In this document: positions 1 to 11,420 of the stretch, piece by piece
Position numbering within the stretch: position 1 is the stretch's first letter
How the letters are laid out: each line of letters opens with the position of its first letter
From: Heptranchias perlo
Lineage: Eukaryota
Reading direction: 5' to 3'
NCBI RefSeq assembly: GCF_035084215.1
Contig: NC_090355.1
Location: forward strand, 23,312,001-23,376,000
Length of the DNA: 64,000 nt
The notes under the pieces: generated by a model
What the model saw: only the letters and a program-made list of their open reading frames with translations
Told to the model about the DNA's origin: nothing
The model's database searches: none
Program-made: the position numbers and the translations under genes

Positions 1-1131
1 CCGAGGACGAGCAACATCACCAGCCTCGCCAGGAACGCCATTTACCTACGCCACATGGAGCTCCACAACACAGTGCTGCGCCACAGGCACCTGCACAAGA
101 GCACGGAGGGCAACAATAGAGAGAGCACCATTGCAGGAGGCACTACCCTCGCAACAGGGTCTACAGACCGAGGCTCAGCTTCCTGGACCTCTCTGAGGAG
201 CAGTGCATACGGAGGCTCAGAGTCAGTTGCCAGGTAGTCACAGACATCTGCAGCCACCTTCACGCCGAGCTGCTCCCGGCTGGGCTGAGCAGCATTTCCT
301 TACCTGTCGCTGTCAAAGTCACCACTGCCCTCAACTACTTCGCCTCCGGATCATTCCAGGGTGCCACCGGGGACATCGCCAGGGTCTCTCACACAAGTGC
401 ATGAGGCAGGTCACCGACGGCTTGTTTCACAGGGCCTCACACTACGTCAACTTCCCCATGGACGACCTCAGCCAGATGGAGAGGGCAATGGGATTCCACG
501 CTGTGGCTGGCTTCCCATGGGTGCAGGGTGTAATCGATTGCACCCATATAGCAATACGAGCACCTCCACATGAGCCAGGACTGTTCATCAACAGGAAGGG
601 CTATCACTTCATCAACACTCAACTCGTTTGTGACCATCGCAAGAGATTCCTTCAAGTGTGCGCCAGATACCCTGGCAGCTGCCACGATTCCCGATTCCTT
701 CATCCCCCGGGAGTCCAACATCCTGACCCTCTTCCTCGCACCGATCGCCCGTAAGGGCTGGCTCCTCGGGGACAAGGGATACCCCCTGCACACGTGGCTC
801 ATGACACCTGTGAGGAACCCCACCACCAAGCAATAGAGCCGATATAAGGACAGCCACATCACTACCAGGTCTAAAATTGAGCATGCTATAGGGCTGCTCA
901 AGATGTGCTTCAGGTGCCTTGATCGTTCTGGGGGATCGCTTCAATGCGCACCAGACAGAGTGGGATGCATGATAGTCGTGTGGCACAACAGAGAGGGGTG
1001 CCGCTTGAGGAGGCTCCATCCACATCTGCCACCCACATTGAGGAGGAGGAGGAGGAAACCATGGGCAGAGCAGCGGCTCACCTGCTGCTCGTGAGGCCAG
1101 GAAGTCACTGATCTGTGAATGGTTCTCCAAA
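1..1131 (+). pseudogene. Harbinger (HARBI1-like) DDE transposase, frameshifted
   Basis: Motifs GFPWVQGVIDCTHIAI, NRKGYHFINTQLVCD, ARYPGSCHDS, WLLGDKGYP and IEHAIGLLKMCFRCL are split over frames. Micro-duplication gattcccgattcc near 686-698; TAG at 834-836. Confidence 0.92.
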
Positions 1132-1453
1132 CATCAGAAAGTGTGAAGAGTCCAGTCCTCATCACCTGGATAGAGCAGCGCCCAAACCAGCACACCTCCT
1201 CCCCCCCACCCCCGCACAAAACAGTCCTGCAACTACACTTATGCCCACTGTAGAGTGACCCAATGGGTGGCATCAAGTGTGGGTGTTCATGGTGAACCTC
1301 ATGAAAGGGCCTTATTACAGTAGCCAGTCAAGCATGGCCAAGATGTGGCAATAGTGGTGACAATAATATTTAATTTGCGTTTAACAAAAAGCAAATATAA
1401 ATTTTAAAAAAACACCGCCAACTATCAAACACCCATGTGCATCCCCTTCGTGC

Positions 1454-3057
1454 TTACAAAACCTTCGCCTTTCGCTTCCGACTACTTCTTTGAATGGTGT
1501 CCCCACTTCCATGTCCCCTATCGCCATCATCCCTCCCCTGGGTCAGGCCCACGCAGCTCCTACCACTCTGCTGAACGTCAGTTTGGAGGACATGTGTGAA
1601 GCCTTGTAAGGCCAGTGCTAGTGTATCTGCCTGCCTGTTTAAGGTGGCAGAATGTTGTTCACCCTGAGTCTGAACTGCCATTGTCAGGGCCTGAATGGAC
1701 TCATTTGTGAGCTGTGCTTGAAGCTCAATGGAGGCTAGCCTTCCCTCCATCGCAGACATTCCCGCACTTACCCGCGACACTATCTCAGAGATGTCCTCAC
1801 GTCCCTGTGACAGCACCTCAGAGATTCCCTCCCGTACCTGTGCCACCATTCCACTCATGCAGGAGTTGGACTCCTCCATCCTCTGCGCAGTTGTGGAGAG
1901 TGCGAGTGGCACTTGTTCCTGCACCTCGCAAATGTGCTGCTGCCCCTCGATCATTCTCCTTTTAAAGGATGGCCCCCAGGGTTCAGTATCTGTGTCCAGC
2001 TGAGCAGAGCCTAGAGAGGAGTGCTCCCACCGACGGGGACTCTCCACAGCTGCCCCTGCCACCAGTGTCTGCACGTGCTCACATGTGTGGTAACTCACCA
2101 TGTGCAACCCCAACTAACTGCGGACTGGGACCCACCGAGCTGTGTGTATCTGCGCTGGTGGGTGGCTCGCTCAGATGTGACAGTGCCCCCTCAGAGGCCG
2201 GCAGGTCCTCTGAGGAATCGCCTTCCACTGTCACTGAAGGCCCTGTAAGAGAACAGAAGGCAATGTTAAGCATGATCACAGATGTTGAGGTGATGAAGAT
2301 GGCAAGGCATGTTAACATCAATTCATATTATGTGTGCTGAATGTTAAAGTTCTGGCACCAGACGTTTGTTGGGTGCCAGTCTCGGCGTCCCTGACGGACA
2401 GGCACTCGAGGTGCGGCTCAGCTCCAGCGCCTCCTGCTCCACGTCTGTGAGGACAGCTATCTGTTGCGGACCCCCTCTGGTCTTCACCCTCTCCCGTGCA
2501 TTCTGGGCTCTCTTCTCCTATAAGGGGAGAAAGTACAGACGCGTGAGTGAGTGATGGTGATATGGGCATTGGTTTGGGTGCGGCTGACCGTGAAGCAGAA
2601 GCATCAGAGGGTGAGTATGAGACAGAGCCATGACATTGCATGAGGATTGGGTTGAGTGGTAGCGGTGGGGTGAGTAATGGGGAGGTGAGGAAGTGCAGGT
2701 AAGTTGAGGATGAGGTTTGAGTGGATGTGAGGAGTGATGTGATAGAGTAGTGTTTGCAATGCAGAATGAGTTGGGGAGGGGGCGGTGATGTGGAAGACAG
2801 AATGTAGGAGAATGAGTAAGTGTCTCACTTTGGCTGACCTAGTTAGGTCATTGAAGCGCTTCCTGCACTGGATCCAGGTGTGGGAGATGTTGCTGTTGCT
2901 GGTGACCTTCTCTGCCACCTCGAGCCAGGCCTTCTAGGTGGCAGAGGCAGGTCACTTCCTCCCGTTCGCCGGGTAGAACACATCCCTCCTCCTCCCACCC
3001 CACCTGGAGTGAGGCATCACTAAATCTAGGAGCAGCCTTTCCCATGTGCTGCTCCAT
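1454..3057 (-). pseudogene. Harbinger accessory Myb/SANT-like DNA-binding protein, 3 inferred exons (3057-2829, 2517-2359, 2242-1454)
   Basis: MEQHMGKAAPRFSDASL...WIQCRKRFNDLTRSAK then GT donor; AG acceptor then EKRAQNARERVKTRGGP (TGGG-type motif of Myb_DNA-bind_5/NAIF1-like proteins); long last exon with coiled-coil-like region. TATTTAAA TATA-like box near 3107-3114 on -. Confidence 0.85.
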
Positions 3058-3739
3058 TGTGCTGTTTGAGTTTTTGCTCCAGGAGCAGCCATTGGAGGAC
3101 TGCCCCTTTAAATAGAGCTCCTCCAGCTGACAGCCTGTGATGCGGGTGCGCAGTCCGCCCGTTGCGCTGCTTTCTGACGGCAAACCCGGAAGCCACGTTA
3201 AGTGGCTCTAATTTTCCCGCGATCGTGTGGGTAACGGACGGATTTTATTGGGCGGGTTACCCACGCGCCTAATCGCCTCCCCGCTAATATCGGGGCCTTG
3301 ATCCCTCCCCCTGCAGAGAGATATGATAACCATTTTTTTCCCTTTTTTTCCAATTTTCTCCCCTTATCCTCCCTATTATGTATCATGTTGGGATACAATT
3401 TCATAGGCACTGATAGCCTTACCCAAATGCCCTTTCCTCAATCAGTGTTGACTGTAACAATGGGAAGGACCAATAGAAGAATCATAACTGAATTTGTCCC
3501 TATTTGTCAACCAGTATCTGTAACATACTCTCTCTCTAGTGGGAACCACTGTGTAGGAATGCTGCCTGATTTCCCTGCACCCTGCCCCCAGCCCAGGGAC
3601 ACTGCAGTCAATCATAGTGCCCTAGCTCGGACCTTGGGGAGGGGTGGGGGGGAGGAGGGAGGAAGAGAGGGGGTGATGTAATTCTTGGAACAAGATGGTT
3701 CTCTTTAATTCTGGTTAATGCTCACTCATCTCTCCTCAG

Positions 3740-4594
3740 GGATATTGATAGATTAGGTGAATGGGCAAAACTGTGGCAGATGGAATTCAATGTAGACAAA
3801 TGTGAGGTCATCCACTTTGGATCAAAAAAGGATAAAACAGGGTAATTTCTAAATGGTAAAAAGTTAAAAACAGTGGATATCCAAAGGGACTTAGGGGTTC
3901 AGGTACATAGATCATTGAAGTGTCATGAACAGGTGCAGAAAATAATCAATAAGGCTAATGGAATGCTGGCCTTTATATCTAGAGGACGGGAGTACAAGGG
4001 GGCAGAAGTTATGCTGCAGCTATACAAAACCCTGGTTAGACCGCACCTGGAGTACTGTGAGCAGTTCTGGGCACCGCACCTTCGGAAGGACATATTGGCC
4101 TTGGAGGGAGTGCAGCGTAGGTTTACTAGAATGATACCCGGACTTCAAGGATTAAGTTACGAGGAGAGATTACACAAATTGGGGTTGTATTCTCTAGAGT
4201 TTCGCAGGTTAAGGGGTGATCTGATCGAAGTTTATAAGATATTAAGGAGAACGGATGGGGTGGATAGAGAGAAACTATTTCCGCTGGTTGGGGATTCTAG
4301 GAGTAGGGGGCACAGTCTAAAAATTAGAGCCAGACCTTTCAGGAGCGAGATTAGAAAACATTTCTACACACAAAGGGTGGTAGAAGTTTGGAACTCTCTT
4401 CCGCAAACGGCAATTGATACTAGCTCAATTGCTAAATTTAAATGTGAGATAGATAGCTTTTTGGCAACCAAAGGTATTAAGGGATATGGGCCAAAAGCAG
4501 GTATATGGAGTTAGACCACAGATCAGCCATGATCTTATCAAATGGCGGAGCAGGCACGAGGGGCTGAATGGCCTACTCCTGTTCTTATGTTCCT
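3740..4594 (+). mobile_element. CR1-group LINE, 5'-truncated 3' end
   Basis: ORF 3873-4514 has [45 protein letters not shown] and ends GYGPKAGIWS; followed by conserved 3' UTR and cttatgttcct tail. Confidence 0.92.
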
Positions 4595-4651
4595 AATCGG
4601 CTGATGTTGCTGTGACTATTGACTACTACTGGAAAATAGAGTAAAGAGACA

Positions 4652-5189
4652 GCTTTGTATTTATATAGGACCTTAACACATCTCTCAAATCTCTCAATGA
4701 ACTTCACATAAATTGAATTACTTTTGAAGTGTAGCAACTGCTATGTAGGCAACTGTGGCAGCCATTTTTACACATAGCAAGATCCCAGAACTACCAATGA
4801 GGTGAATGTCCAGTTAATTTGTTGTTGGCTGAGGGCAAATGTTGGCCAGTACATTAGAAATTCCTGTTGATCAAATAGTATTGTGGGATCTATAACCTTC
4901 AGCTGAACCGCTGGAAGAGGCAGACAGGATCTTGGTTTAACAAGGTAGATTCCCCAAGTCCTCACCTGTTGAGGTACTTTGCATGAGCTTGTGGTTTTCC
5001 AATGCAAAGACTTAGAAAATCTATCTTAACATTTTATCTAAAGGATGGTAATTCTGACTCAGTGATGATCCCTCTGCACTGTACTGAAAAGTGCCAAACT
5101 AGATTATGTGCTTTGAGTCTTCAAGTGAAGTTTGAACCAACAACCTTTTGACTCTGAGGTAAGTGTTACCAACTGAGCCTAGCTGGCAC
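4652..5189 (-). mobile_element. tRNA-head SINE (SacSINE1/DeuSINE-like), interrupted by a small MITE
   Basis: Reverse complement of the head (gtgccagctaggctcagttggtaacac...ggttcaaac) and the body match the other copies in the window. Confidence 0.75.
4943..5026. mobile_element. 84-bp MITE-like hairpin insertion in the SINE
   Basis: Imperfect inverted ends aggtagattccccaagtc / gacttagaaaatctatct, inner ctttgcat/atgcaaag, flanked by direct TAACA (4938-4942, 5027-5031). Absent from sister SINE copies. Confidence 0.55.
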
Positions 5190-6242
5190 ACGTGATAGGC
5201 ACGTCTACATCCCATTAACAGAACTCTCTGGACTTTCTTATTACCACGTCATTTTTTTTAGACATGCAGGTTGATTGGTAAATGGGTTTTCTCACTGAGG
5301 GCTTAGATAGCGGTATTTGTGAGCTGATTTAAGCAAAGTTCCCTTTTGTCTTTGATCGAATAGCTTGTATGTGATAAACGAGCTGATGCACTGTTCACAA
5401 ATATGTAGATGCTCTTCAACTTTGCCAGCAACGACTGGTCATTTGCCCCTGCACCTGTGCCTGTTATTGCCGGGATCACTTTCAAGACTGTCTCCTACAG
5501 ATTGTGACATGCCAGGAACCATGAATGCCAAAACCGCTGACAATGAAATAGTAACTTGAGCGGGAGTAGGTAGTCACCTAAAGTGAGTGGGTCGCCACCT
5601 AAAGGAAGTGCTGTCTTCATAAAGGCGAGCGGGGGGGGGTGGTGGAATCTGTTTATAAAAACAAAGCTTGAAGTGCTTTGGTCGATGACCTGACAAAACA
5701 CAGGATTGGCACTGTGCCTGAAGCTGAAGGTATGACAGGAGATCTGAATAATCTCTCTACTCCCGTTTTCTAGCTTCAAAAGTCATTTGTTTAAAGACTA
5801 AATATGCGAAGTTAAACTGGAGAAGTATAACACCAAATGTATAATTTAGGAGATTATATTTTCTTGAAAATGGTATTGCAATCGTAACATGGTGGGAAAT
5901 ATGACAGGGTGCTTGATGACCAGAGGAACAGCTATTGTTAAACAATACCAGAGGAACAGCAATTGTTAAATAATACCAGAGGGGATTGTGGCAACAAATC
6001 TGGCTTAATTTCTTCAAAAAATAATAGCAAAAGTGGTTGAGCTGCAATTTAAGAAAAGCTTCAAGTTACACCGTTTATCAGTGTCCTATTAGCAGCAGCT
6101 GTGTTAAGGCTTATTTTCTTGTCTCTCTTTCTTCCCCCACCCAACCCCCCCTAAAACGAAAGAACATTCTCAGTCAGCTTGAAATGAAGAACATTTTTGT
6201 TTTATAGCTCTGGATTTTAGGAAATAAACTCAGTTTATCCAC

Positions 6243-6607
6243 CGTCAGCTCGGCCTAGTGGTAGCACTCTCGTCTTTGAGTCAGACGCTTGTGGGTTCAA
6301 ATCCTACTCTTCAGTGCAGTACGGAGGGAGTGCTGCTTTCTTTTGGATGAGACGTTAAACCAAGCCAAGCCCCGTCTGCCTGTTCGGGTGAACGTAAAAG
6401 GTCCCATGGCACTATTCGAAGAGCAGGGAAGTCCTCAGTGACTTAGTCAACATTTATCTCTCAATCAACAGCTCCTTTTTAAAAAAAAAAATTACCTCAT
6501 TTATCTTGTTGATGTCTGTGGGGCCTTGCTGTGGGCAAATTGGCTGCTGTCAGCCTATAAAATGACAGTGGCTACACTTCAAAAGCAATCTATTGGTTGT
6601 GAAGTGT
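6243..6607 (+). mobile_element. tRNA-head SINE (SacSINE1/DeuSINE-like)
   Basis: Head gtcagctcggcctagtggtagcactctcg...gtgggttcaaatcc with Pol III A/B-box-like motifs; body shared with other copies. Confidence 0.8.
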
Positions 6608-7792
6608 TCTCTTCTTCCTTTTTCTTCTTTTTCTTTCTTCATGCATGTTCAGAACTGTTAGTTTGGTACAAACCACTCTACTATATTTTAAAAGAAATAA
6701 CCAAACCAGGAACCTAATACTTTACTCGTGTACCACAAAAGTCGGCTGTATTCATGGAGAAGAATTTCAGGATAAGTATCCCAGGTGTTAGCCCTAAACC
6801 TAGCTGGTGTTTTGGAACATGTATGAACTACCTTCAGTGCTTCCCTGAGTCAGGAGGAGTTGGGGGGAGGGGAAATCCTTCTTAAGACTGAATTACAAGG
6901 AGAAAACCTTATTGAAACATTACATTTTCTTGTCTATGAATGAATTGAAAATATGGGATTTGGAGACGCACGCAATTGTGTCTATGATGAATAATATCCT
7001 ATCAATACCGTAGAATGATCGGACACTGAAGATCATGGGGGGGATGGGGAAATCTGACAGTGTACATTGTGGCGACCCAGGGCGATCTGATTGATTTTGG
7101 AGGAGAGTGCTGCAGTGAATAGGAAGACGAGTTGGGAGACATGTGGGCCACATGCATTCTAAATTCTGGGAGTAGTGCAGCAAAGATTCCTGGTAGGATT
7201 GTGTTTTAAAATAGCTGGTGCACGTGCAGTGTAGCCTGCCAAACCAAGCTAAAGAATGTACCATATCAGACTTTCTAAATCACCAACTGAAGTCTTTCAA
7301 AGTATGGAAGACCCAGTGAGGCCTTGCTCTCAAACTCCAATTACAGTTTTTAAGGTGAGACTCGAAGCACTTTAACTCCTGAAAATCATCTGAATTATAA
7401 ATTAGATTAAGATATTTATAACTATGGAAGAGCATACATACTTTCTCTTGTATTTCTGCCAATAATTGTTTATCCGATCAGTATCTTGAGATAACTGGCC
7501 TAATAATTTCAAATGTAAATTATTGGGCTACACAAGGGTAACCTTAGGGAGACCTTCAAGTATTAGAGGGTAGTTGTAATAGTGTAAGCTAAGTTTTATT
7601 CTTTTCGAGTCGGAAAATTGCTCCCTATGGTGGGTAGGATGGGGAAAGTGGAATCCTTTGCTAACAACAGGCTTGACGGAAAGTTGGACCTAAAAGTGTG
7701 CATGTGTGTGGTGTGGTCAATTGCCTCTGAAAGAGGGATGCTCTCCATAAATCTGCTGCGGCATTGATCGAGGAGAAAATATCAAATGAACG

Positions 7793-8324
7793 GAGTGACA
7801 TCAACTGCTGCTGGAAGACCATCAACTCGGTGAAAGACGTCCTTTGGTCTGCCCGAAACCTGCTGGTCTTCCAGTGCACGGAGCTGTCCTCGACCGAGTG
7901 TTGCAGACTGGCACATTCCAAGGTCCAGGACTACGTGCTGAGGGACGCACTGAAGCTGGTTGCGGCCGCCGCAAAGGCTCTGTGGGGAAAGGCAACCATT
8001 AAGAGCCTTCCAGCCATTGTATACCGAGGGGCTGCAATCAGGGAAAACCCCCCCGGGGCAGAATGTAAAATTCAAATTGATGTAATATACCTGTAATGAA
8101 TCTGTAATGTACCTGTAATGAATCTGTAATCAATAATCTGTATTGAATATAATGCAATGAGACACCTCATGAACTGTAATTATGTACAATGTGTTAATTG
8201 AACTGTACTTGATGTAACCTGCAAATTGTATAATCTGTATTGTGTACGTTTGGAATGTGATATGACAATTGTATTCATAAAATTTGCAGCAAAACATACA
8301 ATAAAGTATATTTTATGAAAAAAA
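7793..8324 (+). mobile_element. Tx1/L1-type LINE 3' fragment with polyA tail and TSD
   Basis: Peptide WKTINSVKDVLWSARNLLVFQ...VQDYVLRDALK resembles the Tx1-like ORF2 C-terminus. AATAAA at 8300-8305, A-tail near 8318-8324, 12-bp direct repeat ATCAAATGAACG at 7781-7792 and 8325-8336. Confidence 0.8.
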
Positions 8325-9949
8325 ATCAAATGAACGAAGTACATAAGTTGTGTTTTCCCCCCCCCACCACACGTGGATCAATAAATAGGTTTGTTCCCCC
8401 TCACATCCCACAGTTATATAAGTAATAAATCTTTCCATATCGTGTGCTATAGTTGCATAAATAAACAACCTCCTTGTTTACAGTTACATAATTTTTCATA
8501 TTAAAGTTATTTCAGATAAAGTTCAAAAATATATATTGTGCCAGTACCTGGGAGCTCCCTAGACCCAGGTTTCCTCATGCTACCAGAGCGCAGCACTTAT
8601 TCTTTTTTCCCCCTCACAATTGCTGCTAAACCCCACAACGAGCTCCTCTCCACTGTTGCTAAATACTACACAGCTACCTCCAATCTGCTATATGTTGCCT
8701 ATTACTTTATCCTTTGAATCCTGAGCTTTTGAAAAAGGTTATAGATAATTTAAACGCATAGCTAAAGGAGCACATAATAATTAAGGCCATTCATTTACGA
8801 TTCTCTCAGAAAAAAGGACAGTCGTAGAATTTGATCCCAAATCGTTGGTAAAAATCCTATTACACCACTTAATAAAAATGAAATTTTATCTGTTTGCTCA
8901 CCATAAGTTAATGGCCTTGATAGTACAAAGCATAACACCCCTATTGTTATAATAGCTGTAAGAAACATCATGGGAGATCTCTCTCTCAATCTATTTTTCT
9001 CTCTCTCTCTCATATTACTGAATTAGATACACAAACTAGCATGCAGCAGATTTTAAGAAAATGTCCTTATTAATTTTGTTAATGTACTTTCTTTACCAAT
9101 GTTATTGTGTTGTTTTGCAAAAAAAAATTGAATGTTTAAAGCTAATTTAAAGAGTTTTTCTTTCCCCTGAAAATTCATTAAAGATATTTCTGTAGGGGAG
9201 AAGATAGAATATCAGATATATATGTTTGTAAATTGACTATTATTACCTATGTGATGAGTAGGATTAGGCAGCATTTGCTTTCAGCGATAGGTAGATGGTG
9301 ATATTCTGTAGACTGACCTAGGCTGGTGAGGAATGTGCATTTAGATGACGTATTAGAACCTCTAGACACTGAAAGACACTCATTTTGACCAGCTAAGTGG
9401 AAATGTGGTTAGTTTATGAAGTTCTCTTTCCTCCTACTTGGTGGCTTGTTGCATAGGAATTGGCTTTATATCTGGTCCAGTTTTTTTTTTCGTTTTTAGA
9501 TGTTTTTCCCATAATTAGTGCCTGACGTCATAACTTTTTGTAAATCTGAATCAACTGCAGCATTTTAATAATCACTCGGCATCTCCATGGACTAACCCAT
9601 ACTTGTATATTCAAGAGGTACCACTCTTCTGGACATAAAGATATATTTACAGTATCTTTAGGGGAAAGAAATAATGCTGGATTTATGCTCCCAACCAATT
9701 AAATATATTTTTATTCTTTATGTGCAGTTACTATTTTTTTCTTTTTTAAAAAAAGGAAAAATCTGCATTCTGTACAGGTAAGAGTTGGGGAAAAGAAATG
9801 AGTAAACTCTATGGAAGGACAAGAAACGTCAAAACTTTATATGTTTATATACTTATTCTATATTCATCTCCATTGTAGACCAAAGGTTTAGATTATCATG
9901 GGCATTTTCTACATTCGTTTTAGATATTAAAATGGATTATTATGAATTG

Positions 9950-10450
9950 TGCAATTTTCATCTCCCTACCACCCCATTCACACTGAAAGTCGCAGGAGGC
10001 AGATGAAAATTGAAGCAAAAACCTACCTCACACTGGTGGTGTGAGGGGCGCTTGACTTGATTTTTCAAATAGGGTTTGAAATAGGTGTCCAAGATATCCA
10101 AAAGAGGCAGGGGTCTTTTAAATCGGGGGTCTAGGCTGGTTGTCTGAACCCCTCCACGCAATGCAATTTTCAGGTACCAACAGGCAGAGCATGTGCTGCG
10201 CACGCTATGCTCTTTAGTACTAGATGTAGAGCGGCCTAACCAAAGGCCCTTAAAGGGACTGCTGGAGGCTGCTCCGAAAACATTGCGGGTAAGTTTTTCA
10301 AAATGACCTTTTGTGGGGTCAGGAGGAGCATCTGGTCCTCCCATGCTCCCCGCCGCCCCCCCCCCCCCAGGTGAGGTGAATACTTCCAGTTTGCCTCTGC
10401 GAAGGAACCTCCGCACCCCCCCCCCTGGATTTTCCACCCCCTTCCCCAAT
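9950..10450. mobile_element. Probable non-autonomous Harbinger-like/MITE remnant
   Basis: GC-rich non-coding patch with internal inverted repeat aattttcatct/agatgaaaatt; termini not resolved. Confidence 0.35.
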
Positions 10451-10486
10451 TTGGTGAGTTGCCTGTCACCAGTCGTTGAGCATTCA

Positions 10487-10888
10487 AATGGAGTTGTTCT
10501 CTTTAGAGCAGAGAAGGTTAAGGGGAGAATTAGCAGAGGTGTTCAAAATTATGAAGCGTTTTGATAAGAGTAGATAGGGAGAAACTATTTCCAATGGCGG
10601 AAGCGTCAACAACCAGAGGACACAGGTTTAAGGTAATTGGCAAAAGAACCAGTGGAGATATGAGAAGAATTTTTTTTTATCTGGAAGTTGTTATGACCTG
10701 GAATGCACTGCCTGAAAGGGTGGTGGAATCAGATTCAATAGTAACTTTCAAAAGGGAATTGGATTTAGACTTGAAAAGGAAAAATTTGCAGGGCTATGGG
10801 GAAAGAGCAGGGGAGTGAGATTAGTTGGATAGCTCTTTCAAAGATCCAGCACAGGAATTATGGGCCGAATGGCCTCCTTCTATGCTTA
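10487..10888 (+). mobile_element. CR1-group LINE 3' fragment
   Basis: RVDREKLFP...TRGHRFKV...WNALPERVVES...LQGYGERAGE, then gggccgaatggcctccttct 3' UTR. Confidence 0.85.
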
Positions 10889-11313
10889 AGACTCTATGAA
10901 ATGAGGCCCGACGATGAAAGAGGTTCGGGCCTCTCGCTGGAGCTGCCGGGTGTGTGGTGCAATCGCTCGGTCCACCAGTCACTCCATGTGCGCGATGAAT
11001 GAAAATGGGCCTCGTCATCATTCGACCCAAAGACCTTCATCCCTCAATTGCCAAAATGCAGAAATATCTGACCCGAGATCCAGGCTCACATTCTTGGGTT
11101 TATTTGAAGTTCACTGAACTGGAGTATTTTTTTGTTAAAAATTATTTTTAAAAACAGACACCAGTGGACCTTCAGGTGTGGTTTTATCTACTGATCAATC
11201 CAATTGATCTGTTAAGATTTGTCATGATGTGGAGATGCCGGTGATGGACTGGAGTTAACAAATGTAAGGAATCTTACAACACCAGTTTATAGTCCAACTG
11301 TTTTATTTGAAAA

Positions 11314-11350
11314 TCACAAGCTTTCGGAGGCTTTCTCCTTCGTCAGGTGA
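11314..11350 (-). ncRNA. Minimal hammerhead ribozyme motif (inverted PLE terminal repeat)
   Basis: Exact reverse complement of 13609-13645. Confidence 0.78.
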
Positions 11351-11420
11351 GTGTGGGATTCCATGGAAGGTTACCGCATTTATAGTCAGAGAACAATACC
11401 TGGTGATTACAGATAATCTT

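Larger units (their letters stand above)
1..3297 (+). mobile_element. PIF/Harbinger DNA transposon, copy 1 (left end outside window, decayed)
   Basis: Transposase remnant on + and convergent Myb/SANT-like gene on -. Right terminus AATATCGGGGCC (3286-3297) is identical to the copy-2 terminus at 19049-19060; colinear with copy 2. Confidence 0.93.

Noticed and set aside
203-1131. Domesticated host HARBI1 or NAIF1/MSANTD gene
   Set aside because: Multiple frameshifted copies with TIRs and the paired two-gene transposon layout indicate decayed transposons.
6243-6310. tRNA gene
   Set aside because: The tRNA-like head continues into a SINE body repeated at least six times in the window; no complete cloverleaf.
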